From IMG/VR virus record IMGVR_UViG_3300044630_006741: DNA of 64,000 nucleotides, one strand, 5' to 3'. The stretch is from an uncultured virus (IMG/VR IMGVR_UViG_3300044630_006741) (Duplodnaviria; Heunggongvirae; Uroviricota; Caudoviricetes). Within the stretch, counting starts at the first letter, position 1, and each line of letters opens with the position of its first letter. Under the pieces are notes generated by a model. That model was not told the origin of the DNA. It did not search any database and saw only the letters and a list, made by a program, of their open reading frames with translations. Below are positions 30,404-39,565 of the stretch, in pieces. The position numbers and the translations under genes are program-made.

Positions 30404-31140
30404 AGTATTCTCTTTTTAAATCTACCTAGTGCTTCGTATCCCTTTACTTCCTCCGGAGATAACGTGGGGTTATAGGGAGCCAATACGGCTAGGTCTTCCG
30501 GGTCCTTTATCTTCTCCCAGTATCTGACCAGTGATTCAGTAAAGCTATGTCCGGTCTTCATGCCAATATAGATCCATTGAAAGGTCGGAGAAGAAACCGG
30601 GTTATCGTGTAATTCTAAAGTTCTTCCAATATATTTGGGCAAGCCCTCTAAAGAAACGATCTGGTTGCGAGGGAAAGCGAGATACCCACCAACGGAATCA
30701 GGAGATCCCTCTAGAGAGGTAAGAAAGTTTCTACCACAGTCGAAATAACCACCAACCCTCCTGGGCGCACCCTTTAGGGAGACGAGATTATTACGCGAGC
30801 AATTGTAATCCCACTTAACAATAGAAGGCCCTCCCTCTAGTGTGGTGAGCTGATTGTCATAGCAGTAGAAATTGTTCCCTACCTCCTGTGGTGAACCGTC
30901 CAGAGAGGTGATATTATTATAAGAGCAATCGAAATTTCCATCAACCTTTCCAAATCTCACTCCTTTAAAATCAGTTAGATCCTTTCTATGAACCCTGAAA
31001 TTGCCCTCTATGTCAACCAGACCTGTTTCAGGATTAATGGACCAACTTCCGTCGGTCCACATATCTAACCATTTGATCTGCTCGGGTGTTAATTCGGTTT
31101 GTGATTCAAATAGCTCTTGGTATCCCTTGACGTGCTTCAT
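30400..31140 (-). CDS. LRR-array protein (5 repeats)
   Basis: Same repeat and caps; GATATATA at 31146-31153 on minus strand. Confidence 0.9.
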   Translation of the reverse strand: MKHVKGYQELFESQTELTPEQIKWLDMWTDGSWSINPETGLVDIEGNFRVHRKDLTDFKGVRFGKVDGNFDCSYNNITSLDGSPQEVGNNFYCYDNQLTTLEGGPSIVKWDYNCSRNNLVSLKGAPRRVGGYFDCGRNFLTSLEGSPDSVGGYLAFPRNQIVSLEGLPKYIGRTLELHDNPVSSPTFQWIYIGMKTGHSFTESLVRYWEKIKDPEDLAVLAPYNPTLSPEEVKGYEALGRFKKRIL

Positions 31141-31157
31141 GCTCTTATATATCGGGA

Positions 31158-31697
31158 TTAGTTGAGACCAATCCTACGCTGACCGAGACACTGACCTAAT
31201 AAGTCACCTGAGACCTGCTGTGGTTGCATGCCCTGTTCTCTAATGGCCCACTGCACAAAGTCTATAATAGTGGGTCCATCCAATTCTTGAGCTGCTGGCA
31301 AAGCGGAGATTTTGCGAACTAGAGCCGCTTCCTCGTCTGTGACATCATCAGATTCAAAAGGCCAGTCCTGAGTGATGATCTCGTACTCGTCTCCCCCTAG
31401 GTACCAGATCACTGAGATGCCCCAGTCTTCCTCGTATTCTGCCCAGATGCCGATCTTAGTGCCCGCTGCTCTTTTAAGGGTCTCGTGGTAACCCAGGAAT
31501 TCCCCATCATCTTCTATTTGGTCGCCGTTGACGGATAAAGGCAGAGCCTCAAGAGCAGCCCAGTCGTTTATCCAGTCTGGTCCATAGGCCCAGTCAAGCA
31601 GTTCTTTTAGAGTGGATTTATAGTTGCGTTCAGAATCTTGGTCCTCACCTCCTTTCTGAATCCACTGCCATGTTTCCCAAAGTCGGATGTGTTTCAT
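31158..31697 (-). CDS. acidic Trp-rich non-LRR protein within the LRR array
   Basis: MKHIRLWETW leader; ATGA overlap with the upstream LRR gene. Confidence 0.75.
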   Translation of the reverse strand: MKHIRLWETWQWIQKGGEDQDSERNYKSTLKELLDWAYGPDWINDWAALEALPLSVNGDQIEDDGEFLGYHETLKRAAGTKIGIWAEYEEDWGISVIWYLGGDEYEIITQDWPFESDDVTDEEAALVRKISALPAAQELDGPTIIDFVQWAIREQGMQPQQVSGDLLGQCLGQRRIGLN

Positions 31698-32374
31698 ATA
31701 ACTCTTTTCTTTAATCTCGCTAGTGCCTCGTACCCTCTTCTCTCTTCTGGCGAGAGATCAGGTTTATGTCCAGCCAGATAGGCTCTATCCTCTTCTGGAA
31801 TATCAGGCCAGCACTTGCTCACAGCTTCTTCTAGAGTGAGCTCTTCCTTGCTCATCTTCTGAAGCACGACTTTCATAGACTCTTCAGATATCGGGTTGCC
31901 CTCACAGTAGAAAAACCTGCCCACTGATTGTGGTGCCCCATCTAAGGAAGTGATGTAGTTATCGCAGCAGGAGAAATCTCCACCGACTATCTCTGGGCTT
32001 CCCTCTAGTGAAGAGAGACGGTTACGGTCACAGTAGAAATTACCATCCACTGTCTGAGGTGCCCCTTCGAGTGTGGTAAGAGAGTTAGAGGAACAATAGA
32101 AATTACCGCCCACTTTCTGGGGTGCTCCCGCTAAGGAAGTGAGAGAGTTATTCTCGCAATAGAAACCCTTCCAGACATTTCCAAATCTTACACCCTTGAA
32201 ATCTGTCAGCCTCTGTCCTGAGCATTCAAAAAATCCCCTGACATCAACCAGTCCAGTCTGTGGATTTAGCTCCCAAATTCCGCGGGATGAGTCATCCAGC
32301 CACTCGATCTGCCCGGGTGTTAGCTCTGTTTGGCTCTCGAATAGTTGATCGAATGCCTTAATGTGTCTCATCAT
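31694..32374 (-). CDS. LRR-array protein (4 repeats)
   Basis: Same repeat and caps. Confidence 0.9.
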   Translation of the reverse strand: MMRHIKAFDQLFESQTELTPGQIEWLDDSSRGIWELNPQTGLVDVRGFFECSGQRLTDFKGVRFGNVWKGFYCENNSLTSLAGAPQKVGGNFYCSSNSLTTLEGAPQTVDGNFYCDRNRLSSLEGSPEIVGGDFSCCDNYITSLDGAPQSVGRFFYCEGNPISEESMKVVLQKMSKEELTLEEAVSKCWPDIPEEDRAYLAGHKPDLSPEERRGYEALARLKKRVI

Positions 32375-33132
32375 AAATACCCCTTTATTTTAGCGTATGT
32401 GGCTAGAGCCTTGTACTTTCTCGCATCTTCCGGGGGTAAATCCGGCATTTGTTTATACATTACTGACCTATCTTCTTCTCCCATATTAGGCCAGTATTCT
32501 TCTAGGGCCTGCTGATATCTCATTCCTTTTAGCATTAGCTCAAAAATGGCTTTTAAAGTCTTTTCAGAGACCGGATTGTCACTACAAGAGAAATCCAAAG
32601 AGGAGCCCCATCTGCTCTCCTGTGGTGCTCCTTCGAGTGAAGTGATTTGATTCTTATCGCAAGCGAAAACCCCGCCAACGCTCTGAGGTGCTCCTTCGAG
32701 AGTGGTGAGCCGATTATCATAACAATTGAAATACCCTCTAGTGGTCTGAGGTGCTCCCTTTAGTGTGGTGAGCTGATTTCCATTACAAAAGAAACCACCA
32801 ACGCTCTGAGGTGCTCCCTCTAGTGTGGTGAGTCGATTACCATAACAAAAGAAACTAGCGCCAACACTCTGTGGTGCTCCCTCTAGTGTGGTGAGCTGAT
32901 TGTTAGCACAAGAGAAATCCCCACCAACTGTCCCGAATTTAACTCCTTTAAGATCTTCTAAATTCTGTGAGTTACAATTGAAATTTCCTTTCACATCCAC
33001 AAGCCCCGTGGAAGTGTTAAGCTCCCAGCTGCCGGATGTGCATTCATTCAGCCAGTCAATCTGCTCTGCTGTAAGTTCTTCTGGTGCTGCTGCACTGGCT
33101 TCAAATATCTGATATGGCTTAATGTGTCTCAT
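32371..33132 (-). CDS. LRR-array protein (5 repeats)
   Basis: Same repeat; KIKGYL-type C-cap. Confidence 0.9.
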   Translation of the reverse strand: MRHIKPYQIFEASAAAPEELTAEQIDWLNECTSGSWELNTSTGLVDVKGNFNCNSQNLEDLKGVKFGTVGGDFSCANNQLTTLEGAPQSVGASFFCYGNRLTTLEGAPQSVGGFFCNGNQLTTLKGAPQTTRGYFNCYDNRLTTLEGAPQSVGGVFACDKNQITSLEGAPQESRWGSSLDFSCSDNPVSEKTLKAIFELMLKGMRYQQALEEYWPNMGEEDRSVMYKQMPDLPPEDARKYKALATYAKIKGYL

Positions 33133-34001
33133 TATAAATATCCCTTTATTTTATTGTATGTGCCTAGAGCCTTGTAAGTTCTCACATCTTCCTGAGGTAA
33201 ATTCGGCATTTGTTTATACATTAAAGCCTTATCTTCATCTCCCATCTTAGGCCAGAGTTTTTCTAGAGCCTGCTGATACCCCATTCCTTTTAGCATTAGC
33301 AAAAAGATGGATTTTAAAGTCGTTTCAGAGACTGGATTATCACTACAATATAAACTACCGCCAACACTCTGAGGTGCTCCCTCCAGTGAGGTGAGACGAT
33401 TGTTCTCACAATAGAAATTTCCGACAATGGTCTGAGGTGCTCCCTCTAGTGAGGTGAGCTGATTGTTAGCACAATAGAAATACCTTCTAATGTTCTTAGG
33501 TGCTCCCTTTAGTGTGGTGAGCCGATTGTTACCACAAAAGAAAATCCCACCAACGGTCCGAGGTGCTCCCTCTAGTGAGGTGAGCTGATTGTTATCGCAA
33601 AGGAAATCCCCACCAACGGTCAGAGGTGCTCCTTTTAGTGTGGTGAGCTGATTTCCATGACAATAGAAAACCCAACTAACACTCCGAGGTGATCCCTTTA
33701 GTGTGGTGAGCTGGTTGTTATTACAAACGAAACCTCCACCAACTTTCTTAGGTGCTCCCTCTAGCGTGGTGAGCTGATTGCTATCACAATAGAAATACAA
33801 CTCAACTTTCCCGAACTTAACACCTTTAAAATCTTCTAAATCCTGCGAGCTACAATCGAAATTCCCATCCACATCAACAAGCCCTGTAGAAGTGTTAATC
33901 TTCCATCTGCCGGATGTGCATTGATTCAGCCACTCGATCTGCTCGGGTGTTAGCTCTGTTTGGCTCTCGAATAGTTGACTGTATGGCTTAATGTGTCTCA
34001 T
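33132..34001 (-). CDS. LRR-array protein (7 repeats)
   Basis: Same repeat; KIKGYL-type C-cap. Confidence 0.9.
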   Translation of the reverse strand: MRHIKPYSQLFESQTELTPEQIEWLNQCTSGRWKINTSTGLVDVDGNFDCSSQDLEDFKGVKFGKVELYFYCDSNQLTTLEGAPKKVGGGFVCNNNQLTTLKGSPRSVSWVFYCHGNQLTTLKGAPLTVGGDFLCDNNQLTSLEGAPRTVGGIFFCGNNRLTTLKGAPKNIRRYFYCANNQLTSLEGAPQTIVGNFYCENNRLTSLEGAPQSVGGSLYCSDNPVSETTLKSIFLLMLKGMGYQQALEKLWPKMGDEDKALMYKQMPNLPQEDVRTYKALGTYNKIKGYL

Positions 34002-34609
34002 AGTACTCTTTTTCTTAGTCTCCCTAGTGCCTGGTAACTCTTTAGATCATCAGGAGACAGAGTGCGGTTATAAGGAGCCAGCAGGACCTTATCTTCATCG
34101 GATTCAATGGAATCCCACTCCTCCGCAACAGCATCCGGCCAGCTCATACCAGATCGCATTATATCATGGATATCTTCTAGCGCCTCTTCAGAGACGGGAT
34201 TGCCTGAGCAATAGAAACTCTTTCCAATCCAAGAAGGTGCTCCCTCCAGGGAAGTGAGCTGGTTTTTGGAGCAATCGAAATTCCCCTCCACTTGCTGGGG
34301 TGCTCCCTTTAGGGAAGTGAGCTGGTTGTTAATACAATAGAAATCACTACCAACACTCTGTGGTGCTCCATCCAAAGAGGTGAGCTTGTTGTAGGAGCAA
34401 TAGAAGTGCCCAGCCACTCCAAATCTCACACCTTTAAAATCAGTCAGACCCTGATCATAGCAATTGAAACCCTCTTTCACATCAACAAGGCCAGTTTGGG
34501 GATTAAGGGTCCACTTTCCAATAGCGCATTCATCCAGCCACTCGATCTGCTCGGGTGTTAGCTCTGTTTGACTCTCGAATAACTGATCATACAGCTTAAT
34601 GTGTTTCAT
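33998..34609 (-). CDS. LRR-array protein (3 repeats)
   Basis: Same repeat and caps. Confidence 0.9.
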   Translation of the reverse strand: MKHIKLYDQLFESQTELTPEQIEWLDECAIGKWTLNPQTGLVDVKEGFNCYDQGLTDFKGVRFGVAGHFYCSYNKLTSLDGAPQSVGSDFYCINNQLTSLKGAPQQVEGNFDCSKNQLTSLEGAPSWIGKSFYCSGNPVSEEALEDIHDIMRSGMSWPDAVAEEWDSIESDEDKVLLAPYNRTLSPDDLKSYQALGRLRKRVL

Positions 34610-35355
34610 TATAAATACCCCTTTATTTTAGCGTATGTGGCTAGAGCCTTGTACTTTCTCGCATCTTCCAGGGGTAAATTCGGCATTTGTTTATACATTA
34701 AAGCCTTATCTTCATCGCCCATCTTAGGCCAGTATTGTTCTAAAGCCTGTTGATAATCCATTCCTTTTTCCATTAGCGCAAAGATGGAATACAAAGTTGA
34801 TTCAGAGGCTGGATTACCCTCACAATTGAAACTCCCTTTAACGGTCTGAGGTGCTCCCTCTAGTGAGGTGAGCCCATTGTCATTACAAAAGAAATGCCCA
34901 CCAACGGTCTGAGGTGCTCCCACCAGTGAGGTGAGCTGATTGTCGTCACAACTGAAACTCCCTTTAACGGTCTGAGGTGCTCCCTCAAGACTCGTGAGAT
35001 GATTGTCGTCACAATCGAAACGCCCGCCAACCTTCTGAGGTACTCCCTCTAGTGAGGTGAGTCGATTAGAATAACAAAAGAAATCACCGCCAACACTCCG
35101 AGGTGCTCCCTCTAGTGTGGTGAGCTGATTATAACCACAATGGAAATCCCCACTCACTTCGCCAAATCTGATACCCCTAAAATTTGGCAGACCCTTATTA
35201 GTACAATCGAAATCGCCATCCACATCAACCAGTCCAGTTTGTGGATTAAGCTCCCAAATTCCGCGGGATGTGAACTTATTCAGCCACTTGACCTGTTCCT
35301 GAGAGAGCTCTGTTTGACTCTCGAATAGTTCTTTATAGCTCCTGACATGTCTCAT
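34609..35355 (-). CDS. LRR-array protein (5 repeats)
   Basis: Start placed at MRHVRSYKELFE (ATG 35355); GATATATA at 35361-35368 on minus strand. Confidence 0.9.
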   Translation of the reverse strand: MRHVRSYKELFESQTELSQEQVKWLNKFTSRGIWELNPQTGLVDVDGDFDCTNKGLPNFRGIRFGEVSGDFHCGYNQLTTLEGAPRSVGGDFFCYSNRLTSLEGVPQKVGGRFDCDDNHLTSLEGAPQTVKGSFSCDDNQLTSLVGAPQTVGGHFFCNDNGLTSLEGAPQTVKGSFNCEGNPASESTLYSIFALMEKGMDYQQALEQYWPKMGDEDKALMYKQMPNLPLEDARKYKALATYAKIKGYL

Positions 35356-35399
35356 GTCTCTATATATCAAAACCGATGGGGGATGTTTCAGGGAAAATC

Positions 35400-36350
35400 G
35401 CTAGACCCCCGGCCCACCAGATAGTTATGACTCTTTCCTTTCCATATAGACAAGAGACTACTAGACATAGAGAGAACTAGAGAGACACAAAGAGAGACTA
35501 GACATAGAGAGCATACTCAATACACCAACTCTTACTCTAAACAACCAAACACTCACACCCATCTCAATAGACACAAGCATAGGCATAGACCTATTACTCT
35601 AGAGAGACGGCATAGACAAGACCTAGCATAGAGAGAGACTAGAGAGTAGACTAGACACCCCAGTCATGACTTAACATAGGGAGCTTTAGTTACCCCAGCC
35701 AGGGACATCCCATAGGACTCAGACAAGACCCATTAGAAGGACCTAGCAGAAGATAGCTTATACAGCTTGGCCAGGTGACGTCATAAGTACTAGACCAGGT
35801 GAGGTCATGCGAACTTAACAGAGGTGTCATATACAGCTTGGCCAGGTGAGGTCATGCGAACTAGGCCCTCCTAGTAAGCCCGCTCCAGGGCCGAGTCCAC
35901 CACCCAGGGTCCATGGTCTCCAGGCTATCCGAGTTTCCGCGAAGCCCCAGTCTCAACCTCCAGGTCTCTCAGTCCTCCTCGGCCGAGTCTGGAATCCTGG
36001 TAAGCAGTGGAGATTTGTGGAGATTTGTGGGGATTTCTGGGATTCCCCAGAGGCCATGCCCAGATCCGCCCCGTGTTCGCCCCGATTGCTCGGTCTCTCT
36101 ATGTGTCTAGGCTCGCCCCGTATAATCTCTCGCCTCTCTCTCTATGTCTCTCTAGTAGTCTGAGTTCTTCTCTCTTGTCTACTAGGAAAGGAAACTCTTG
36201 GATTAAATATTTCGGTGGCGAAATTTTTTTACGGTGGGCCGAGTTTTTCCTGCCACGTGAAATTTTGTTTAGGTTGTTTGTGGGTGTCCGCGGTTTCTCA
36301 GTAACCCAGCCATATATAGTTTTAAACAAGCGAACAGTTAATAAAAAAAT
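35400..36350. other. repeat-rich non-coding region at the transcriptional divergence point (origin or terminus candidate)
   Basis: AGAC/TAGA/GAGA simple repeats, inverted counterpart near 36093-36186, short direct repeats, no credible ORF. Confidence 0.5.
35759..35862 (+). repeat. three direct repeats of CCAGGTGA(C/G)GTCAT
   Basis: Copies at 35771, 35795 and 35842; flanks TATACAGCTTGG (x2) and GCGAACT (x2). Confidence 0.9.
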
Positions 36351-36363
36351 AAAAATCAACCCC

Positions 36364-36591
36364 ATGAAAAAAGAAACTTTGTCCCGGAAAAAAACTAAAA
36401 TATACAAAGGGACAGAAGTAAAGATTAAGCAAGCTAAATCAGAGCACGAGAGATTCTACTCTGTGTTTGGCTTTGAAGACAATGTCTACGATGAAGTGAG
36501 CACTAGGGTTCGCATGTCTACCAGGATCTGGCAGAGCATCAAAGGCTTTCTTCTCATTGGGCTGAGCTTCATTAACTCTCTGCCTCTCTAA
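36364..36591 (+). CDS. hypothetical protein
   Basis: Start placed at ATG 36364 (MKKETLSRK). Confidence 0.5.
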   Translation: MKKETLSRKKTKIYKGTEVKIKQAKSEHERFYSVFGFEDNVYDEVSTRVRMSTRIWQSIKGFLLIGLSFINSLPL

Positions 36592-36604
36592 AGGAAATTA
36601 ATTT

Positions 36605-36901
36605 ATGATAGCACCAGGATCCTTAGCTCTCTGTGTCAACGACACCTTTCACCCAGAGAGCATGCGTCTTATTCCCAACCGTCCCCAGAAGGGTCAGCAC
36701 TACTTCATCCGAGAGATCGAAGAGTACTACGGCACTGATCGAGTGGGTGTGAGACTAGAGGAGATTCAGAATCCACACGTTAGATTCAGCAATGGAGCGG
36801 TCAAGGAGCCGAGCTTCGATGTGGACCGATTCAGCTTTGAAGACGATGTGGACCTCTCGGAGATCATGGAAGAGGTTGGTGTCAACGAGGAGACTTATTA
36901 A
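36605..36901 (+). CDS. hypothetical protein, paralog of 71..364
   Basis: Shared motif pattern. Confidence 0.75.
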   Translation: MIAPGSLALCVNDTFHPESMRLIPNRPQKGQHYFIREIEEYYGTDRVGVRLEEIQNPHVRFSNGAVKEPSFDVDRFSFEDDVDLSEIMEEVGVNEETY

Positions 36902-36955
36902 CTTTTTTTAAACCCACCCAGGGTTCTACGGGAACCTGGATTACATTTGAGACAT

Positions 36956-37198
36956 ATGACAGATCACGTATACTATAGAATCATGAACTGGCTGGGCTGG
37001 TCTCTGATCGCACTCGGCCTGCTAGAGGTCGTGCTTTACCTAACCGGGCTTTACCCCGAGTTCACATGGCAGGGGCTGGACTTGCCCATGCTCGCTGTTA
37101 ACCTGCTCGTCGTGGTACGCCTGCTGAAGGACAAGGACGAGACCATAGAGAGACAGGAGCAGGTCATAGACACCCTAAGAAAAAACCTAAGAAAGTGA
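36956..37198 (+). CDS. small membrane protein
   Basis: Two hydrophobic segments; follows TACATTTG at 36942. Confidence 0.6.
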   Translation: MTDHVYYRIMNWLGWSLIALGLLEVVLYLTGLYPEFTWQGLDLPMLAVNLLVVVRLLKDKDETIERQEQVIDTLRKNLRK

Positions 37199-37370
37199 TG
37201 TCCTACATCCTGACCCTGCTGCTGGGCACCTGCCTGGTTCGTCTGCTCTCTCTACATAAGGACACACCAGAAGAGAGATCCCACCCAGGGTATCAGGTCT
37301 ACATGTTTCTGGTCACACTTTTCATCTACACTGTTCTTTTTGAAATCATCGGATTAATTATAACTCATAT

Positions 37371-37682
37371 ATGAGAGATAGACTAAGAGATAGACTCTTG
37401 ACATTACTAATCGTTGTGGCAGCATTGCTAGGCGGCTGGGTTTTCCTGGAAGCTGGCCAGAGCAGAGCCGAAGAGAAAGCCCTTCGCATGCAGGTCACCC
37501 TTGATTCCCTAAGACATGTGAATCACGACCAGAATCTATACATCATGCAGCTGGAGTATGAAACGGAATCACTGGGTGACGCCCTATCAGACTGCACAGA
37601 AGATTTCCAGAACTGCATTGCTGGCCGGAAAATCCAGATTCGTCATAGTGACGGCAGCATCCCAATCACTAATCCGGAATAA
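37371..37682 (+). CDS. membrane-anchored coiled-coil protein
   Basis: N-terminal hydrophobic segment then heptad-like region. Confidence 0.6.
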   Translation: MRDRLRDRLLTLLIVVAALLGGWVFLEAGQSRAEEKALRMQVTLDSLRHVNHDQNLYIMQLEYETESLGDALSDCTEDFQNCIAGRKIQIRHSDGSIPITNPE

Positions 37683-37701
37683 TTTTTCTTCGAATACTAA
37701 G

Positions 37702-38505
37702 ATGCCGGAAGGTCCAGAAGTTAAAAGAATGGCTCTCAGTCTCCAAGAGAGACTACTGGGAGAAGTTATAACAGAAGCTCAGGTTCTTGGAGGGAAGTGG
37801 CTCAGAACTCCTCCCAAGGGCATTGACGGATTCATAGGATCACTGCCACAGAGAGTTGTTGCAGTGAATGTGAAAGGCAAGGCCATCCAGATCCTGCTGG
37901 AAGGCGGCTGGAGTATCTGGAACACTTTAGGTATGAGTGGCGGCTGGCGGGATGTCAGAACCAAGCATGCCCACTTCCAGTTCACCACCCAGGGCGGACG
38001 TACCGTCTGGTTTGATGACATCCGAAGATTCGGAACTCTTATCTTTATGCAGCACGAATCCGAGTTACAGAGAAGATTAAAAGGCATCGGACCTGATATG
38101 CTACATCCGGATACCAAGTTTTCTGATTTCTCTAGAGCTATCTCCCATAGGAAAATCCCGATCTGCAGAGCACTCATGGATCAGAAGGTGGTGGGAGGAG
38201 TGGGTAACTACATCAAGGCTGAGGCACTCTATCGAGCCAGGATTTCTCCACATCGGATCTGCTCGGATCTGACACACGTAGAGTTACAGCGTCTCTTTGA
38301 TGTGACCCGCTGGATTATGGCGAAGAGTCTAGAGCAGGGAGGAGCAACATTCTCCACCTACTCAGATATGGACGGAGGAGAGGGCAGCTTCCCATTCTAC
38401 TTCCATGTCTATATGAGAAGCGTGTGCCCGCTCGGGTATCCAGTTCTCCGTGAAGAAACCGAGGATAAGAGAACAACCCACTGGGTACCACAAATCCAGG
38501 TCTAG
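37702..38505 (+). CDS. Fpg/Nei-family DNA glycosylase/AP lyase
   Basis: Start at MPEGPEV; KGK, LGMSG, D.RRFG, LMDQKVVGGVGNYIKAE.LY (H2TH), RTTHWVP.IQ. Confidence 0.9.
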   Translation: MPEGPEVKRMALSLQERLLGEVITEAQVLGGKWLRTPPKGIDGFIGSLPQRVVAVNVKGKAIQILLEGGWSIWNTLGMSGGWRDVRTKHAHFQFTTQGGRTVWFDDIRRFGTLIFMQHESELQRRLKGIGPDMLHPDTKFSDFSRAISHRKIPICRALMDQKVVGGVGNYIKAEALYRARISPHRICSDLTHVELQRLFDVTRWIMAKSLEQGGATFSTYSDMDGGEGSFPFYFHVYMRSVCPLGYPVLREETEDKRTTHWVPQIQV

Positions 38506-38562
38506 CTTCGGGATTCTCCCGCTGATTGGTTGTATATTTGCTACATAACCAATCACAAGCAT

Positions 38563-38844
38563 ATGACACCACATGAAAAGGCAATTTTAGAAATCACCAG
38601 ACTAGGTGAGAGACTAATCGAGAAAGGAGCCGAGGCTGAGGATCAGGGACTAATCTCTATTGGTTTGACCTTACGCCTGTATATGGCAACAGCAGTCCAC
38701 GGAGAGCTAGAGGAGTTCATCGATCACATCCATAAGTTCGTAGAGCAGAAGATCAAGGACCAAATCTCCCAGCTGGAGAACGCCAGCATCGGCCGTACCC
38801 TACAGGCTCTACGATATGTGAACAACCCAGTCCACATGAACTGA
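38563..38844 (+). CDS. hypothetical early protein
   Basis: ATG after promoter cassette. Confidence 0.7.
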   Translation: MTPHEKAILEITRLGERLIEKGAEAEDQGLISIGLTLRLYMATAVHGELEEFIDHIHKFVEQKIKDQISQLENASIGRTLQALRYVNNPVHMN

Positions 38845-38922
38845 AAAAAAATCTTAGGCTTTCGGGGTTCTCCCGAGGCCTAGGCCTATATTTGCATCAT
38901 AACCAATTAACACTATAAGATC

Positions 38923-39306
38923 ATGAAAATTCAACTGACAAAAGAGGAGTCTGAGAAAATCTTCCACAACTCTCTATGCAACGGACACCAAATCGCTCAC
39001 TACGGTCTACAAATGGACTACAGCGAGAAGGAGTACGAGAAGGCGAAGAAAAGGTTACAGAAGAAGGGCGAGGACACCTGCCTAGAGGACGTGTGGCTGG
39101 AAATCCTACGGGGCGGAGGCACCCTGACACTAATCGACGAGGAGAACGGGATGGACCCGTCGGTCATCACCATAGAGGATGTACATGAGCGTGTTCAGGA
39201 GTCGCCTGTCCGTCACCTACTGGATGCCATTAACGAGCAGGACGATGGCGACACGGCAGACGTGATTTTGCAGTCTGTCTTCTACCAGGACGTGATCTTC
39301 GGGTAA
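38923..39306 (+). CDS. hypothetical early protein
   Basis: Promoter cassette; C-terminus DGDTADVILQSVFYQDVIFG. Confidence 0.75.
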   Translation: MKIQLTKEESEKIFHNSLCNGHQIAHYGLQMDYSEKEYEKAKKRLQKKGEDTCLEDVWLEILRGGGTLTLIDEENGMDPSVITIEDVHERVQESPVRHLLDAINEQDDGDTADVILQSVFYQDVIFG

Positions 39307-39324
39307 GCTACGGGGATATCCATA

Positions 39325-39440
39325 GGGGCTAGGCTTAGAGGCCTAGCCTCTTTTGTGGACCCAGGAGTCCTAGGGTGTGGCGCAGGTTGGAGTACACTCT
39401 CCCGGGGTTGCTCCGCCCCAGCCCGTCTTGATTGATTGAC
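39325..39440 (-). ncRNA. putative small RNA, copy 1
   Basis: Minus-strand cassette promoter at 39445-39476; conserved core shared with copy 2; no ATG ORF; ends in a hairpin. Confidence 0.55.
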
Positions 39441-39565
39441 TCAGCTAAAGTAAGGTGAAATCCCGTGGGAACCCCGCTGGTCGACTTAAAAAAAGATTCC
39501 AAAATTCTCGGGGTCTTTCCGACATCCTGGTCTATATTTGCCTCATAACCAATCAGCACAAAAAG

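Noticed and set aside
26810..35355. Diversity-generating retroelement acting on the LRR genes
   Set aside because: No reverse transcriptase or non-coding template repeat in the window, and variation covers whole genes and repeat number. A remote RT cannot be excluded.
35400..36200. CRISPR array
   Set aside because: Repeats are few, irregular and lack uniform unique spacers; no cas genes.
35846..36407. ORFs 35846..36163, 35913..36110, the 5' part of 36007..36591, and 36099..36407
   Set aside because: They translate low-complexity repeat DNA, mostly lack good start context and overlap each other.
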